Below, in pieces: positions 29,854-39,831 of a stretch of 64,000 nt of DNA. This stretch comes from Oscillospiraceae bacterium. Its GTDB lineage: Bacteria; Bacillota; Clostridia; Oscillospirales; Acutalibacteraceae. The notes under the pieces were generated by a model, which saw only the letters and a list, made by a program, of their open reading frames with translations, was not told the DNA's origin and made no database searches. Positions within the stretch are counted from its first letter, which is position 1, and each line of letters starts with the position of its first letter. Where the stretch lies: positions 61,908 through 125,907 of the forward strand of contig CADBBH010000004.1 in assembly GCA_902792905.1 (NCBI GenBank), in the 5' to 3' direction. Position numbers and translations under genes: made by a program.

Positions 29854-32800
29854 TTAAGCAAATTCAAGGTTGCCGACAGTATAGGTGCTCTCGACAAAGC
29901 CGCCTGTGATTTCGCCCGAGGGCTTCACGCTGCCGTCACTGCGCTGAGCAAACATTGAAATGCGCACATCCTTACCGTGATGCGGTGTATAGCTTATCGC
30001 ATTCTCATTAAGGTTTGCCGGATTCGTATTGTTGGCTTGCATTACATATTCCCAGCGGACTGCATCCTGCGAATCGGAGGTGGCAGCTGCGGTTTCATTG
30101 TAAGGAACCCTGTCGCTCTCGGCAAAGGCAAGCTTTGTAAGATACCCTGTGAAGACTTCCTGGGGCAGACGCGTTTTTGCGTTGTGAGTTTTATTGTATT
30201 CCGCCGAATAATAGGGCGATGTGTAATACATATATATTTCGCTGCCGTACGAACCGTTGAAATCATAGTTGCCGACAGGGTGATAATAAACGCCGTCGTT
30301 TATAAGACCGTCGCTGTGATAAGGCTCGCCGCTCGTTATAAGGATATCGTAGATTATTTCTGATTCCTGAAGCTCGCGTGTTGCTTTCTTTGCTTTCGGA
30401 TTAACCGCACTCATACGATAACCGAGCAGAATGGTTTCTCCGCGGATGCCTTTATTCAGGTCTATATCAAGGCATTCAACGCAGCCCTGAGAAAGCAGAT
30501 CGCACATCGCTTCGCGCTTTGTAGCGCCGGTGCCGACATAGAATTTATTGAAGAATTCGCGGTTACCTGTATATTTGGTATGAATAAAGCAGGTGAGATC
30601 GGGATTGCCGTAAGGCACAGTGTGATCCTTGTCGGCACAGAGATTGGTTGCATAGCCCGGTATGATGGGCGTGGTATCAATCTTTATATCCTCAATCGGA
30701 AGACCGACGGAATCGCCGGTGTTTTTGGAATAATAAAGGTAATAATTCTTGCCGTCCATCACAATAGGCATCGTTGAAGAGGCGCAGGTATATTTGACAT
30801 TATTGCAGGTTATCTGATTCGGCGCAATCATATCATTCAACTGATAAAGAATAACACCCGTAATTGCATTGTTCGGGTCATCGGTTCTGGTAAGGCCGAT
30901 ATAAGCTGCAGGCTTGTTCTTCGGCGCATCGGTTTTGCCTTTGCCGTCCGATTGCCTGTTATACCAGGTATCGCTCTGATTTGAAACGGCAATGTTATAG
31001 ACAATCATTTCGTCCGAACAGCCGGACGCCGCGGCAAACATCGCGGTGCCCTCAACCATTGAATCCGCCGTATCGGAATCCTGATCGGGATTATCCTTTT
31101 TGAACTGAGCCCTTGAATAAGCGCCGACAGAAAGAGCGGATATGTATTTGGGCTTGTCGGTCACCTGACCTCTGAGATAAATATAGCAGGGGCGTGTTTC
31201 ACGCTGGAATTTGTCATCTTCATCCCAGGAGTCGGGATAGGAAAGATTGAACGCCTTCGTGGAATAGGGGTTTTTAATATCCACTACGGGTCTGAACTCG
31301 CCGGTGGCTTTGAGCTTGCTGTCGTGATATCTGCCATTGGGGTCGGGCGCAAGGGTATATGCTCCGCCCGTTTCCTTTCCGTTAAAGAAACTTATCGGAT
31401 GATCTGTGTCATAATGATAAACGCCGTTATCATAAGTACAGTTAATAGTATCTTCCGTAATGATTATATCGCTGAGCTTCAGCGGCTCTCTGCCGTTTAC
31501 GGGGCCGCAGAGATAGAGCGCGGTCGGCATGAACGGCATCTTCTTATATCCGAACGGAACGCCTTCGGCAAGCGTCTCGGTGCGGTATTTCACCATGCGC
31601 TTGACATATTCAACATCCTCTCTGTTCATAGCGCAGCCGCAGGCGTAATTCATGAAAACATTGCCGGGCATAACAAAGCGGTATATTTTATCAATCTCCC
31701 AGAACTGCTGCTGGAAATTGGTGGCGGCAATAAAGTTCTGCTGAACGCCGCCGAGCGCTTTGCTCATTGTGTAAGGCAGCGAATCGCTGTAACTGTCACC
31801 CTGATAAACCACCACATTCGTAAGCGCTCTCTTGGGATAATATGTCCAGGTATAAAGCAGCTTCATATGGAGATTTCCGATAGTGGCCTTCTTTCTGTTG
31901 CCGACCGTCCAGCACAGATCGGTCTGTGCGGTAGGCGTTTCGGTCTTTCTGTTTTGAAGCACCTTATCCCAAAGATCGCTGAAGTCAGCTTCAACATCGT
32001 CGAATGCCGTATCTCTCCAATCGGTGCCGCCTATGAATATAATACCCGAAAGGTATCTTTCTCCGCTGTTTCTCGCGTTCTCCGGCTTGAAATAGAGATA
32101 AGAACTCGGCATTTTATTGAGGTAATTATCCTTCTTCGTTGCGTAGAAGTTTATTCCCGCGCCGTCATCCCATAACTCATAATGCGTTTCAAAATTATAC
32201 GGCTGATCGTTGCCGAAATAGGAGACGGGAATCCACTCTGAATCTTTTGAACCGTATGTTTCAAGGTTGTTGGCGGTTACAAGATTATCCGCGGGAATCG
32301 GGTCGCCCGCCCTGCTGTCTCTCGTAAAGTAGAGCGCGTCACACAGCGGGATACCCTGCTTGCTGCCGGGGCCGGTATCCCAGCCGAGTACGTGTGAATA
32401 GGTGTATTCCACATCACCGTAGCGGATGGTGTTTGTCTGTGTGCTCTGACCCACATTCGGAGCGATGCGGATATCGGTTATCGCAGCTTTGGGGTCGTTT
32501 GTAAGCGAATAGCCGATGTAGGTGGCAAAATCCTGATTTTCGGAGAGGTCATGGTCAAACACATAGGTTTTGGTTTCTCTTTTAATCAGTTCGTTTCTTG
32601 CCGATTCGCCGTCGGATGCTACCGCCACCACTATATCTGCAATATAAGTGACATTATTTTTCGGCTCATCGGCATTGCCTTCATCCCCGCCGGTATTTTC
32701 ATCGGGATTATCCGGAGTTTCCGCCTGCTGTCCGTCGGAAGGAACAAAGTTTTTGATTGAAGTTTCGGTGTGATAATGCAGATAAGCGCCGTTTACTCTG

Positions 32801-34782
32801 TTTTTTTCGCAGAAAGCGTTGAAATCGCCGGGGCTGCGCTCGCCGAAATATTTAACGCTCTCATAGCCCTTCTGCACGGCGGCGTCGCCGTTGACCTGCA
32901 GGAAGATGCCGCCTTTTTCATCGGCAACAATCGGGCTGCCTACGCGCGGATCCTTGGTGATACCCATTACGACCCACTTCCACTGCTGTGAGCCGTTGAC
33001 ATCCTTTACACTGCCGGCGGCGTCTCTGACACATTCATAAAGAACATTGATTGCGCCGTTTTGGGTTTCACGGGTATCAACGATATAATCGGGCTTATCC
33101 GTCTGGAATTCCTTTTTCACGAGTTTTTTGAATTCCTGAATAAGGAAATTAACAATCAACATAGCGAGTAACACGGCGGTAAGGGCGCCCGTTATCATAG
33201 AGAAATACGGACCGATAACGGTGCTGACCCAGGAAATGACGGAAAATACGCCCATAAGCACGGAACTGATGACCGCCATCGCAACACAGGTGCCCGCCAT
33301 AAGGCCTGTTACAAATCCGCCGACCGCGGCAACAATCGCCACCACGCCGACCGCGGCGTAAACCGCGCCGAGCAGGAAACTCATCTGTGTGAATCCGGGA
33401 TAATACACTTCGTAAATATCATCCCACCAGAAGGTTGTACGGTCAATCGGATTTGAAGCGGCGGACTGTCTTGAGGATTCCGCGGTAACCGCAAAGCGGG
33501 AACGCTTTAAAAAGATATCGTCCCTGTTGTCGAAAATATAGAATGTTTCGGTATCGTCAATCTTTCCGAGCTCTTTTCTGACGCTTTCAATCATGCTGTC
33601 GATTTCATCATTATGAACATTCTCGGCAAGATTGAATATGGCGGAAATAAGACCGCCGGTATTGACTATTGATGCCTGGTTTTCGCCCATTGCGTCAATA
33701 ATCGGGTAAATCTGTTTAATATCTATATTATCCGAAGTCTGATGACCGAGTGAAAGGAACCAGTCACCGAGCTTCGTGTTTTCGTCAAAATTATATTCGT
33801 TCAGTTTCTCATAGCAGACGATATAGGTTACATCCATATCGTTTTCATCTGCGTTATCCATAGCTTCGGGGGCATCGTCGATATCGCCCTCGGTATCGAG
33901 ATTCAGATTTTCATAGTTTTCGCCCGCTCTCGCTCTGGCGTTTTCATAGAATGTGGTGAAGTCCTGAATCTGATGGAAAAGCTCTCTTGCTATATCCTGA
34001 TATTTTTTGTCGAGTTCCGCTTCCTCATCAGCGGTTATTCCCTGTTCATATCTCTGCCAGAGTGAACTGATGGGAATAAGCTTCGCCCAGTCTGTCGTAA
34101 CCTGCTGACCGCTCTCTTCATCATACTCATTGAGATACGGAGTAAGACCGATATTGATAAAACCGATAACGGCGTTGAGCGCCTGCACATTGGAACTGAC
34201 CAGCATCTTTGAGAAAAATGCCTGATCCGCTTTGCCCGCGATAATATAATCGCCGAGAAGCTCCGTGCCGTTGCTCTCTATTCTGAAGAGATTCAGCGCT
34301 TTGTAGGCATCCATCGCTCTCGGACTGCCCGCGATGTAGTTTTCGGCAAATGATTTCGCCGCATCGGCCATAGTCTGCGCCTTATCGGCGTTCTGAGACG
34401 CGATGTAGGCATTCATCTCGTTATAGTCATACTCGGTATAGCCGCTGTCCATCGCCATAAGCTTGATATCGCGGATTGCCATATCTTTGTTTGTGGTTGT
34501 TTTATAGGCAAGATACACATCTCTGCCGGTAGAGGTGCCGGGGTTTAATTCAACCTTGTCGGCGATTATATAATCCGCGCCGACTTCCTCCTGCGCGTCT
34601 TCTATGGTTTCATTCTCTCTGTTGATAACGGCAAGACGGATGTCCTCAACATAGAGAACAGGCTCGGTTGCTTTGGCAAAGAGCTGAGCAGGGGCGGTAA
34701 ATCCTATGCATACAGCAAGCGCTACGCACAAAGCACATACAAATATTCTGATGATTCTGTTATTCGTCATTGTCATTGTCAT
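29854..34782 (-). CDS. 1642-aa secreted protein, distant fourth paralog, with a long hydrophobic stretch and multiple MABP-like repeats
   Basis: Signal peptide; ELNPGT..VYLAYKTTTNKDMAIRDIKLMAMDSGY matches the paralogs; ~80-aa hydrophobic stretch; repeated DL(N/S)..Y(I/L)GY..AIT motifs; no C-terminal TM. Confidence 0.72.
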   Translation of the reverse strand: MTMTMTNNRIIRIFVCALCVALAVCIGFTAPAQLFAKATEPVLYVEDIRLAVINRENETIEDAQEEVGADYIIADKVELNPGTSTGRDVYLAYKTTTNKDMAIRDIKLMAMDSGYTEYDYNEMNAYIASQNADKAQTMADAAKSFAENYIAGSPRAMDAYKALNLFRIESNGTELLGDYIIAGKADQAFFSKMLVSSNVQALNAVIGFINIGLTPYLNEYDEESGQQVTTDWAKLIPISSLWQRYEQGITADEEAELDKKYQDIARELFHQIQDFTTFYENARARAGENYENLNLDTEGDIDDAPEAMDNADENDMDVTYIVCYEKLNEYNFDENTKLGDWFLSLGHQTSDNIDIKQIYPIIDAMGENQASIVNTGGLISAIFNLAENVHNDEIDSMIESVRKELGKIDDTETFYIFDNRDDIFLKRSRFAVTAESSRQSAASNPIDRTTFWWDDIYEVYYPGFTQMSFLLGAVYAAVGVVAIVAAVGGFVTGLMAGTCVAMAVISSVLMGVFSVISWVSTVIGPYFSMITGALTAVLLAMLIVNFLIQEFKKLVKKEFQTDKPDYIVDTRETQNGAINVLYECVRDAAGSVKDVNGSQQWKWVVMGITKDPRVGSPIVADEKGGIFLQVNGDAAVQKGYESVKYFGERSPGDFNAFCEKNRVNGAYLHYHTETSIKNFVPSDGQQAETPDNPDENTGGDEGNADEPKNNVTYIADIVVAVASDGESARNELIKRETKTYVFDHDLSENQDFATYIGYSLTNDPKAAITDIRIAPNVGQSTQTNTIRYGDVEYTYSHVLGWDTGPGSKQGIPLCDALYFTRDSRAGDPIPADNLVTANNLETYGSKDSEWIPVSYFGNDQPYNFETHYELWDDGAGINFYATKKDNYLNKMPSSYLYFKPENARNSGERYLSGIIFIGGTDWRDTAFDDVEADFSDLWDKVLQNRKTETPTAQTDLCWTVGNRKKATIGNLHMKLLYTWTYYPKRALTNVVVYQGDSYSDSLPYTMSKALGGVQQNFIAATNFQQQFWEIDKIYRFVMPGNVFMNYACGCAMNREDVEYVKRMVKYRTETLAEGVPFGYKKMPFMPTALYLCGPVNGREPLKLSDIIITEDTINCTYDNGVYHYDTDHPISFFNGKETGGAYTLAPDPNGRYHDSKLKATGEFRPVVDIKNPYSTKAFNLSYPDSWDEDDKFQRETRPCYIYLRGQVTDKPKYISALSVGAYSRAQFKKDNPDQDSDTADSMVEGTAMFAAASGCSDEMIVYNIAVSNQSDTWYNRQSDGKGKTDAPKNKPAAYIGLTRTDDPNNAITGVILYQLNDMIAPNQITCNNVKYTCASSTMPIVMDGKNYYLYYSKNTGDSVGLPIEDIKIDTTPIIPGYATNLCADKDHTVPYGNPDLTCFIHTKYTGNREFFNKFYVGTGATKREAMCDLLSQGCVECLDIDLNKGIRGETILLGYRMSAVNPKAKKATRELQESEIIYDILITSGEPYHSDGLINDGVYYHPVGNYDFNGSYGSEIYMYYTSPYYSAEYNKTHNAKTRLPQEVFTGYLTKLAFAESDRVPYNETAAATSDSQDAVRWEYVMQANNTNPANLNENAISYTPHHGKDVRISMFAQRSDGSVKPSGEITGGFVESTYTVGNLEFA

Positions 34783-37150
34783 TTACAGCTCCTTTCCTCT
34801 TTTTTGCAAAAACAGTTATCACAACCGCCAGCAGAACTCCCACGCCCGCAAGAGCTGCGGCTGCATATTTTGAGCCCTGGTTGAACAGAGATGCGGTTGC
34901 TACCATTTCTGCTTGTTCTGTGCCGGTCTTCTTGAATTTAAGCGTTCCCTTTTCGGGATGGAAGAATTTTGACTGATACTCGCTGACATTTTTAACCCCC
35001 GCAAATCCGGTACCGCCGTTGGAGGTGCTCAGCCATATTTCAGAACCTTTATATAATCCCGCGCAGTAAACATAAGCTTTTTTGCTGTCTTTTTCGAGCA
35101 CCAGGTTCTGATTGTTGCTCTTGCCTTTGTTACCTTTAATAATAAGCTTACCGCTTACGGTTATGTCGTACTTATCCTCAACATAAACGGCGCCCTTCTC
35201 TTTTGTTGAATTGCCCGTAATTGTGCCGCCGTTCAGAACAACTCCGTTGTCATTAATCTCCAGAGCGGAGCCGTTATGCTTGCTTTCGTTATTGCTGAAA
35301 ACGCAGTTTGTGAAAACTGTCGGATTTCTGTATTCGCTTTCATCATCGTCATTGACATAGACCGCGCCGCCTCTGTCATTTGATTTATTCTTTATGAAAT
35401 TACAGTTATCGGCGACAAATTCAAACTCCTTGTCGCTGCTCAGATCATCAATAAAAATTGCTCCGCCGCCGTCATTGGCGCTGTTGCTCTCAAATTTAAC
35501 ATCCGAAAGATGAACATATCCCGGCTTGCTTCGCAGATACAGGCCGCCGCCTTTATCCTCGCTCACACAGTTTTTGATTGTAACATTTTTAAAATTAACA
35601 TTGCCGGCTTTCTCAACATAAATTCCGCCGCCGTGGCAGTCATCGCTGCTGTCATTTGTCTTGCAGGAATCTATTGTGCAGTTTTTCAGAATTATATAGG
35701 CATTCTCTCCCGCCGAATAGATTCCGCCGCCGTGATAGTCGGTTACGCAGTTAAACAGCGTGCCGCCCATCATATAAAACTGACCGTATTTTTCAACAGC
35801 AATTCCGCCGCCGCAGTCCTTGCCGTTTCCGTCTGCAATGACGCCGCCCTTATGCTCCTTGTAGCCGGCAGAATTCGGGTTGGAGTCGGTGATTGTAAGT
35901 CTTGAATACTCGCCTATTCTGAAAATGCCGCCGTCTTTGCTCTTTTTGCCGTCGCGTTTAATGCAGTATCCGTTCAGGTCAACGAGTATGTTTTTCTTTG
36001 TGCCGGTATATAAGTACTGATTCGCTGTCCAGTCCGAACCAAGCGTGATTTCAACAAGCGATGCCTCGTCCGAAATGCCCCATGCGTATTTGTTATCTTT
36101 GGCATATCCCATCGCTTTGACCCACGCGTCGGCGGGTTTTTCATATTCTTCCCTTTTAACCAGCTTTCTATTTTCATAGACTTCCAGCAAAGTGTTCTTC
36201 ATTTCATTCACAAACATAACTTCGCCGTTTTCCGCAGAGGTCAGCCTGATGACTGTTTTGCTGTCGGATGATGCGAAAAAAGTCGTGGGCCTTTTACTGT
36301 TATATAACGAATAATTCTCGGTAATGACGCTGTTTGTGCCGGAAGCGTGGATGATGATTTTCTTCGTGAAGGTAAGCTCGCCGGCAATATTGATAACCTT
36401 TCCTCGCGAAATGAAAACATCGTGATCTCCGTTTTCGCTTATTACGGGAGCGCTGCACAAGCTCATTTCGGAAGCATTGTAAATACCGTTGCCGAGCCCG
36501 GTCACTTTGTTTCCGGTAACCGTGGCATTTGTATACTTCGTAACCGATTCAATGCCGGCCTTTTTAACAACCGTATTCTGCTCGATTATCAGAGAGCCCT
36601 CGCCGCCGTTATATATTCCGCCGCCGTTGCACGCTTCGTTATTCCTTATTATTCCGCCGCACAGAGTAAACGAACCGGTATTGTATATACCGCCGCCGCA
36701 GCCGTCTGCATCGCTCTGAGCCCTGTTGCCTTCGACAGTGCCGCCTTCAAAGATGAGCGTGCCGAAGTTGCAGATGCCGCCGCCGTTAACAGCCGCACCG
36801 CCTGTAATTGTGCCGGCATTATTCCCCGTAGAGTCAGTGACCGTCAGGCATGCACCGGACTCAATCCTGATAACACTGCCGTTTTCCGCACAAGCGCTGA
36901 GACCTCTGTTCAGTGTTTTCGCGTTCAGGTTGAGAATCGCGGTTACTCCTTCCGGAATAACAAGCTCTGCCGACAAGTCAATATCACCTGTCAGCTTGAT
37001 TTCACCGCCGTCATGCATTGCTTTTACAAGCGCCTCCTCTGTTTTAACAGATGTTACCTTGGCATAAACCGGGAGTACACTGTAAGGAACTGATCCGAAA
37101 ATAAATATCAGCGCAAGCAAAGCCGGAATTATTTTCTTTATTTCCCTCAT
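34760..37150 (-). CDS. Anchored right-handed beta-helix (pectin lyase-like/Pmp-type repeat) surface protein
   Basis: Signal peptide; many GGGIYN/GGAIF/FxxN repeats; C-terminal TM + KKRK. Confidence 0.8.
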   Translation of the reverse strand: MREIKKIIPALLALIFIFGSVPYSVLPVYAKVTSVKTEEALVKAMHDGGEIKLTGDIDLSAELVIPEGVTAILNLNAKTLNRGLSACAENGSVIRIESGACLTVTDSTGNNAGTITGGAAVNGGGICNFGTLIFEGGTVEGNRAQSDADGCGGGIYNTGSFTLCGGIIRNNEACNGGGIYNGGEGSLIIEQNTVVKKAGIESVTKYTNATVTGNKVTGLGNGIYNASEMSLCSAPVISENGDHDVFISRGKVINIAGELTFTKKIIIHASGTNSVITENYSLYNSKRPTTFFASSDSKTVIRLTSAENGEVMFVNEMKNTLLEVYENRKLVKREEYEKPADAWVKAMGYAKDNKYAWGISDEASLVEITLGSDWTANQYLYTGTKKNILVDLNGYCIKRDGKKSKDGGIFRIGEYSRLTITDSNPNSAGYKEHKGGVIADGNGKDCGGGIAVEKYGQFYMMGGTLFNCVTDYHGGGIYSAGENAYIILKNCTIDSCKTNDSSDDCHGGGIYVEKAGNVNFKNVTIKNCVSEDKGGGLYLRSKPGYVHLSDVKFESNSANDGGGAIFIDDLSSDKEFEFVADNCNFIKNKSNDRGGAVYVNDDDESEYRNPTVFTNCVFSNNESKHNGSALEINDNGVVLNGGTITGNSTKEKGAVYVEDKYDITVSGKLIIKGNKGKSNNQNLVLEKDSKKAYVYCAGLYKGSEIWLSTSNGGTGFAGVKNVSEYQSKFFHPEKGTLKFKKTGTEQAEMVATASLFNQGSKYAAAALAGVGVLLAVVITVFAKKRKGAVNDNDNDE

Positions 37151-37189
37151 ATTTTGCCCTCATTTCGTTTTTTCGCTTTTTACACCTTG

Positions 37190-37223
37190 AGTATAACATA
37201 TAGAAGGTAACAAAAAGGTGACA
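37190..37223 (-). promoter_or_regulatory. Extended -10 element with an 11-bp-period direct repeat upstream of the surface-protein operon
   Basis: Minus strand TGTCACCTT-TT-TGTTACCTT-CTATA-TGTTATACT. Confidence 0.5.
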
Positions 37224-37410
37224 TCTTTATTTAATTTTTAGTTATTATTAATTATAATTATGTGAACTTTTCATATTGTATTCGGCGCCTTATGCCCAAC
37301 TTCTTTGCTTCTTAATGCAGAATCAAACCGCCTATGCGCCTATAGGAATTGCCGTAAAACGCTAAAACCGCATTCAATTCACCAAAAAAAACACCCCGCA
37401 GCAATCCAGA

Positions 37411-37795
37411 CGGTTTTATTGCTTTGTTGGGTCGTATTAAACTGATTATAAATATCGGGGTAATTTAGCTGTCACCGACATCATACCGCTTGATTCCTCC
37501 GAAATCGTATTAAAAATTAAGAGGTGTGAGATTAAACTAATAATAAAAAGCACCGCAGAATCAATGAATCTGCGGCGTTTGGCGGAGATAAGGGGGATTG
37601 AACCCTTACCTCTTGAATGCCATTGGTTCTTTACGTGAACTATTTAATAATCATTGGAACCCTTATAATTATTGGATTTATGGCTTGTCAATCCACTCAA
37701 TAATCAACTGAAAAATGCAGAACAATTGCAGTAATACTGCAATTGTTTCAAACCAATTTTTTGCCCAGAAGTTCCGGCCCTGCGGGGTGATTTCT
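37411..37795. repeat. Degenerate direct repeat, copy 1 (att-like junction)
   Basis: CGGTTTTATTGCTTTGTTGGGTCGTATTAAACTGA...CATCATACCGCTTGATTC and the downstream ~210 bp match 55867-56250. Confidence 0.9.
37580..37623 (-). pseudogene. 3' half of tRNA-Ala(GGC), degenerate (att core)
   Basis: Reverse complement ATGGCATTCAAGAGGTAAGGGTTCAATCCCCCTTATCTCCGCCA; no 5' half. Confidence 0.75.
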
Positions 37796-37846
37796 AATGC
37801 ATGTTTGCAGTTTTCACAAGATTCTTTTTAAGAACAAATCGACCCG

Positions 37847-39253
37847 TCAGTCAAATTCGGAACCGTCGATTTCCTTAAGATCGACTCCGGCGGTTTCCTT
37901 AACTCTCAACGACAGTATGAAGAAGTCCGCAAGAAGTCCGGGTACGGTGAGGCACAGGGAAATAATGCCGATTGCCTGTTCGCTGAAAAGCTGCATGAAC
38001 AGGAACGACATGCCGAAGGAGAATCCGATGCCCAGACCCAGGGGAAGATATATTGCGGAAAGCATGGACGAACGGAGTTCGGTGGGAGTGGACTCGCCGG
38101 CCATAAGCGAAATAGTGTCGATGTTGGCCCAGAATGTTCCCACGCTGCCGCCGCAGAGGAAGCCGACTATCTGCGGAGGAAGTCCCTTTTCCGCGCCCAG
38201 CCAGAAACCGAGGAAGAGAACAACAGCCGAAGCGGACATGGCTATTGCCGAATATCTTCTTCCTTTTTTGTCGGAAATGAATCCGGGGATGAGCTGACTG
38301 ATGGCACAGCCTATGGGATAGAAGAAGAGAGCGGTAGTGATTTCATTCATGAGAATGCTCTCACTTGCCTTTTCAAAATCCGTAAAGAGTCCCTGAGCCA
38401 TTGCGTTTTTTACAAAGCCGAATGTCATTATGGACTGATAGTCGAGAGTAAAAATGAATCCGGTCTCGCAGAATACGAGGGCGAGAAACAGCCATTTTGT
38501 CTGCTTATGTCTGAATCCGAATTTCAGAGCGTTGATAATTCCTCCGCTGTTTGAATTGCCTTCTTCTTTCTCGGTGATTCCCTTAAGTTCATTTATTCTG
38601 GCGATGTTGAACGCGTCTGTTTCCTTTGCGAGGAAGACAGCTGCCGCGCTGACGGCGATTCCCAGAAGAGCAGGAACAAGGAATACATTTCTCCACTCGG
38701 ATGTGCTGTGCATCATTGTCTTTCTCAGCAGTGGGATAAGTGTAACGCCCAGCATGGCCACACATTTTATAGACGAGTAAATCTTAGCTCTGTGTTTGTC
38801 CGGAGCCGATTCCATAATGTAAACAACCTGCATATCGTGTGTGATGAAGAACTGGGTGAGAACGGTACCCGCGATATATCCGGCAAGATTATGAGTCAGA
38901 TAAACAATCATAAGGCCCATACACATACCGAAGGTATTGAGGATAAGGAAAGGCTTTCTGCCGAATCTGTCGGCAAGCGGCTTGTAGATTACTCCCAGCG
39001 CCATAAGCGGAAATGACAGAAGCGTTATTTTATTGAGGGTTTCCAGGGAAGCAATGTCCTTAGCGATATCCTGCTGCATGAAAGACGCTATCGCGGAAGC
39101 AACTTCATCGGTGATGTAAACTATACCGATTATGAAGAACAGATAAAAAAAGTAGCTTTTACCTTCTCTTTTATCAAGCTGTTTCTGTCTTTTTGCTATC
39201 TCTTTCTCAATCTTGGCGGGGTCCTTGGCTTTTTTCATATCACTCATCTCCAT
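37847..39253 (-). CDS. MFS transporter
   Basis: About 12 TM segments; LADRFGRKP and ISDKKGRR motif A, ESTPTELRS. Confidence 0.9.
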   Translation of the reverse strand: MEMSDMKKAKDPAKIEKEIAKRQKQLDKREGKSYFFYLFFIIGIVYITDEVASAIASFMQQDIAKDIASLETLNKITLLSFPLMALGVIYKPLADRFGRKPFLILNTFGMCMGLMIVYLTHNLAGYIAGTVLTQFFITHDMQVVYIMESAPDKHRAKIYSSIKCVAMLGVTLIPLLRKTMMHSTSEWRNVFLVPALLGIAVSAAAVFLAKETDAFNIARINELKGITEKEEGNSNSGGIINALKFGFRHKQTKWLFLALVFCETGFIFTLDYQSIMTFGFVKNAMAQGLFTDFEKASESILMNEITTALFFYPIGCAISQLIPGFISDKKGRRYSAIAMSASAVVLFLGFWLGAEKGLPPQIVGFLCGGSVGTFWANIDTISLMAGESTPTELRSSMLSAIYLPLGLGIGFSFGMSFLFMQLFSEQAIGIISLCLTVPGLLADFFILSLRVKETAGVDLKEIDGSEFD

Positions 39254-39448
39254 CCCGTTTTTGTCGATAAAATCATTATATCAGATATACTGCGAAGGTC
39301 AATACACTGAGACCAAATACTGCGCACTTTGATTGACAAGCGAACATATAATACACTCAAAATTATTTCAGTTAAAACTGCAATTGATTCCCGGCAAATT
39401 TTTCACCCCGCAGAGTCTGCCTGCGGGGTGGTAGTGATTTATACTGAA

Positions 39449-39829
39449 CTATTCGTATTCAACTTCTATTGCGTCGAATTTACATTTTGAGGCGCAGACG
39501 CCGCATCTGAAGCATTTTTCCCGGTCGATTTCAAAAGGCTCTTTTATCTTGCCTGCCGGAGCGCCGGCTTTGCAGACTCTGCTGCACAGAGAACAGCCCT
39601 TGCATTTTTCGGCAATTATCGTAACCTTCTTTATCGGTCTGTATCCTTCGGGCGCGCTTATCGCGCTGACCGGGCAGACGTGTGAACACTGGGAGCATTC
39701 CACGCATTTTGTTTCGTCAATCGCATAGAGCGAGGCGTCGTCATTCGCCGCGCTGATTGCTCCGAAAAGGCAGGTGAAGGCACATCCTCCGCAGCCTACG
39801 CAGACAGTTTCATCAATTCTGAAAGCCAT
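39449..39829 (-). CDS. Polyferredoxin with four [4Fe-4S] motifs
   Basis: CVGCGGC..C, CVECSQC..CP, CKGCSLC..C, CFRCGVC..C. Confidence 0.92.
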   Translation of the reverse strand: MAFRIDETVCVGCGGCAFTCLFGAISAANDDASLYAIDETKCVECSQCSHVCPVSAISAPEGYRPIKKVTIIAEKCKGCSLCSRVCKAGAPAGKIKEPFEIDREKCFRCGVCASKCKFDAIEVEYE

Positions 39830-39831
39830 AA

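Noticed and set aside
37662-37691. sigmaA promoter inside the att arm (TTGACA on the minus strand)
   Set aside because: The -10 at 17 bp is poor (TTATAA) and differs in copy 2; not supportable
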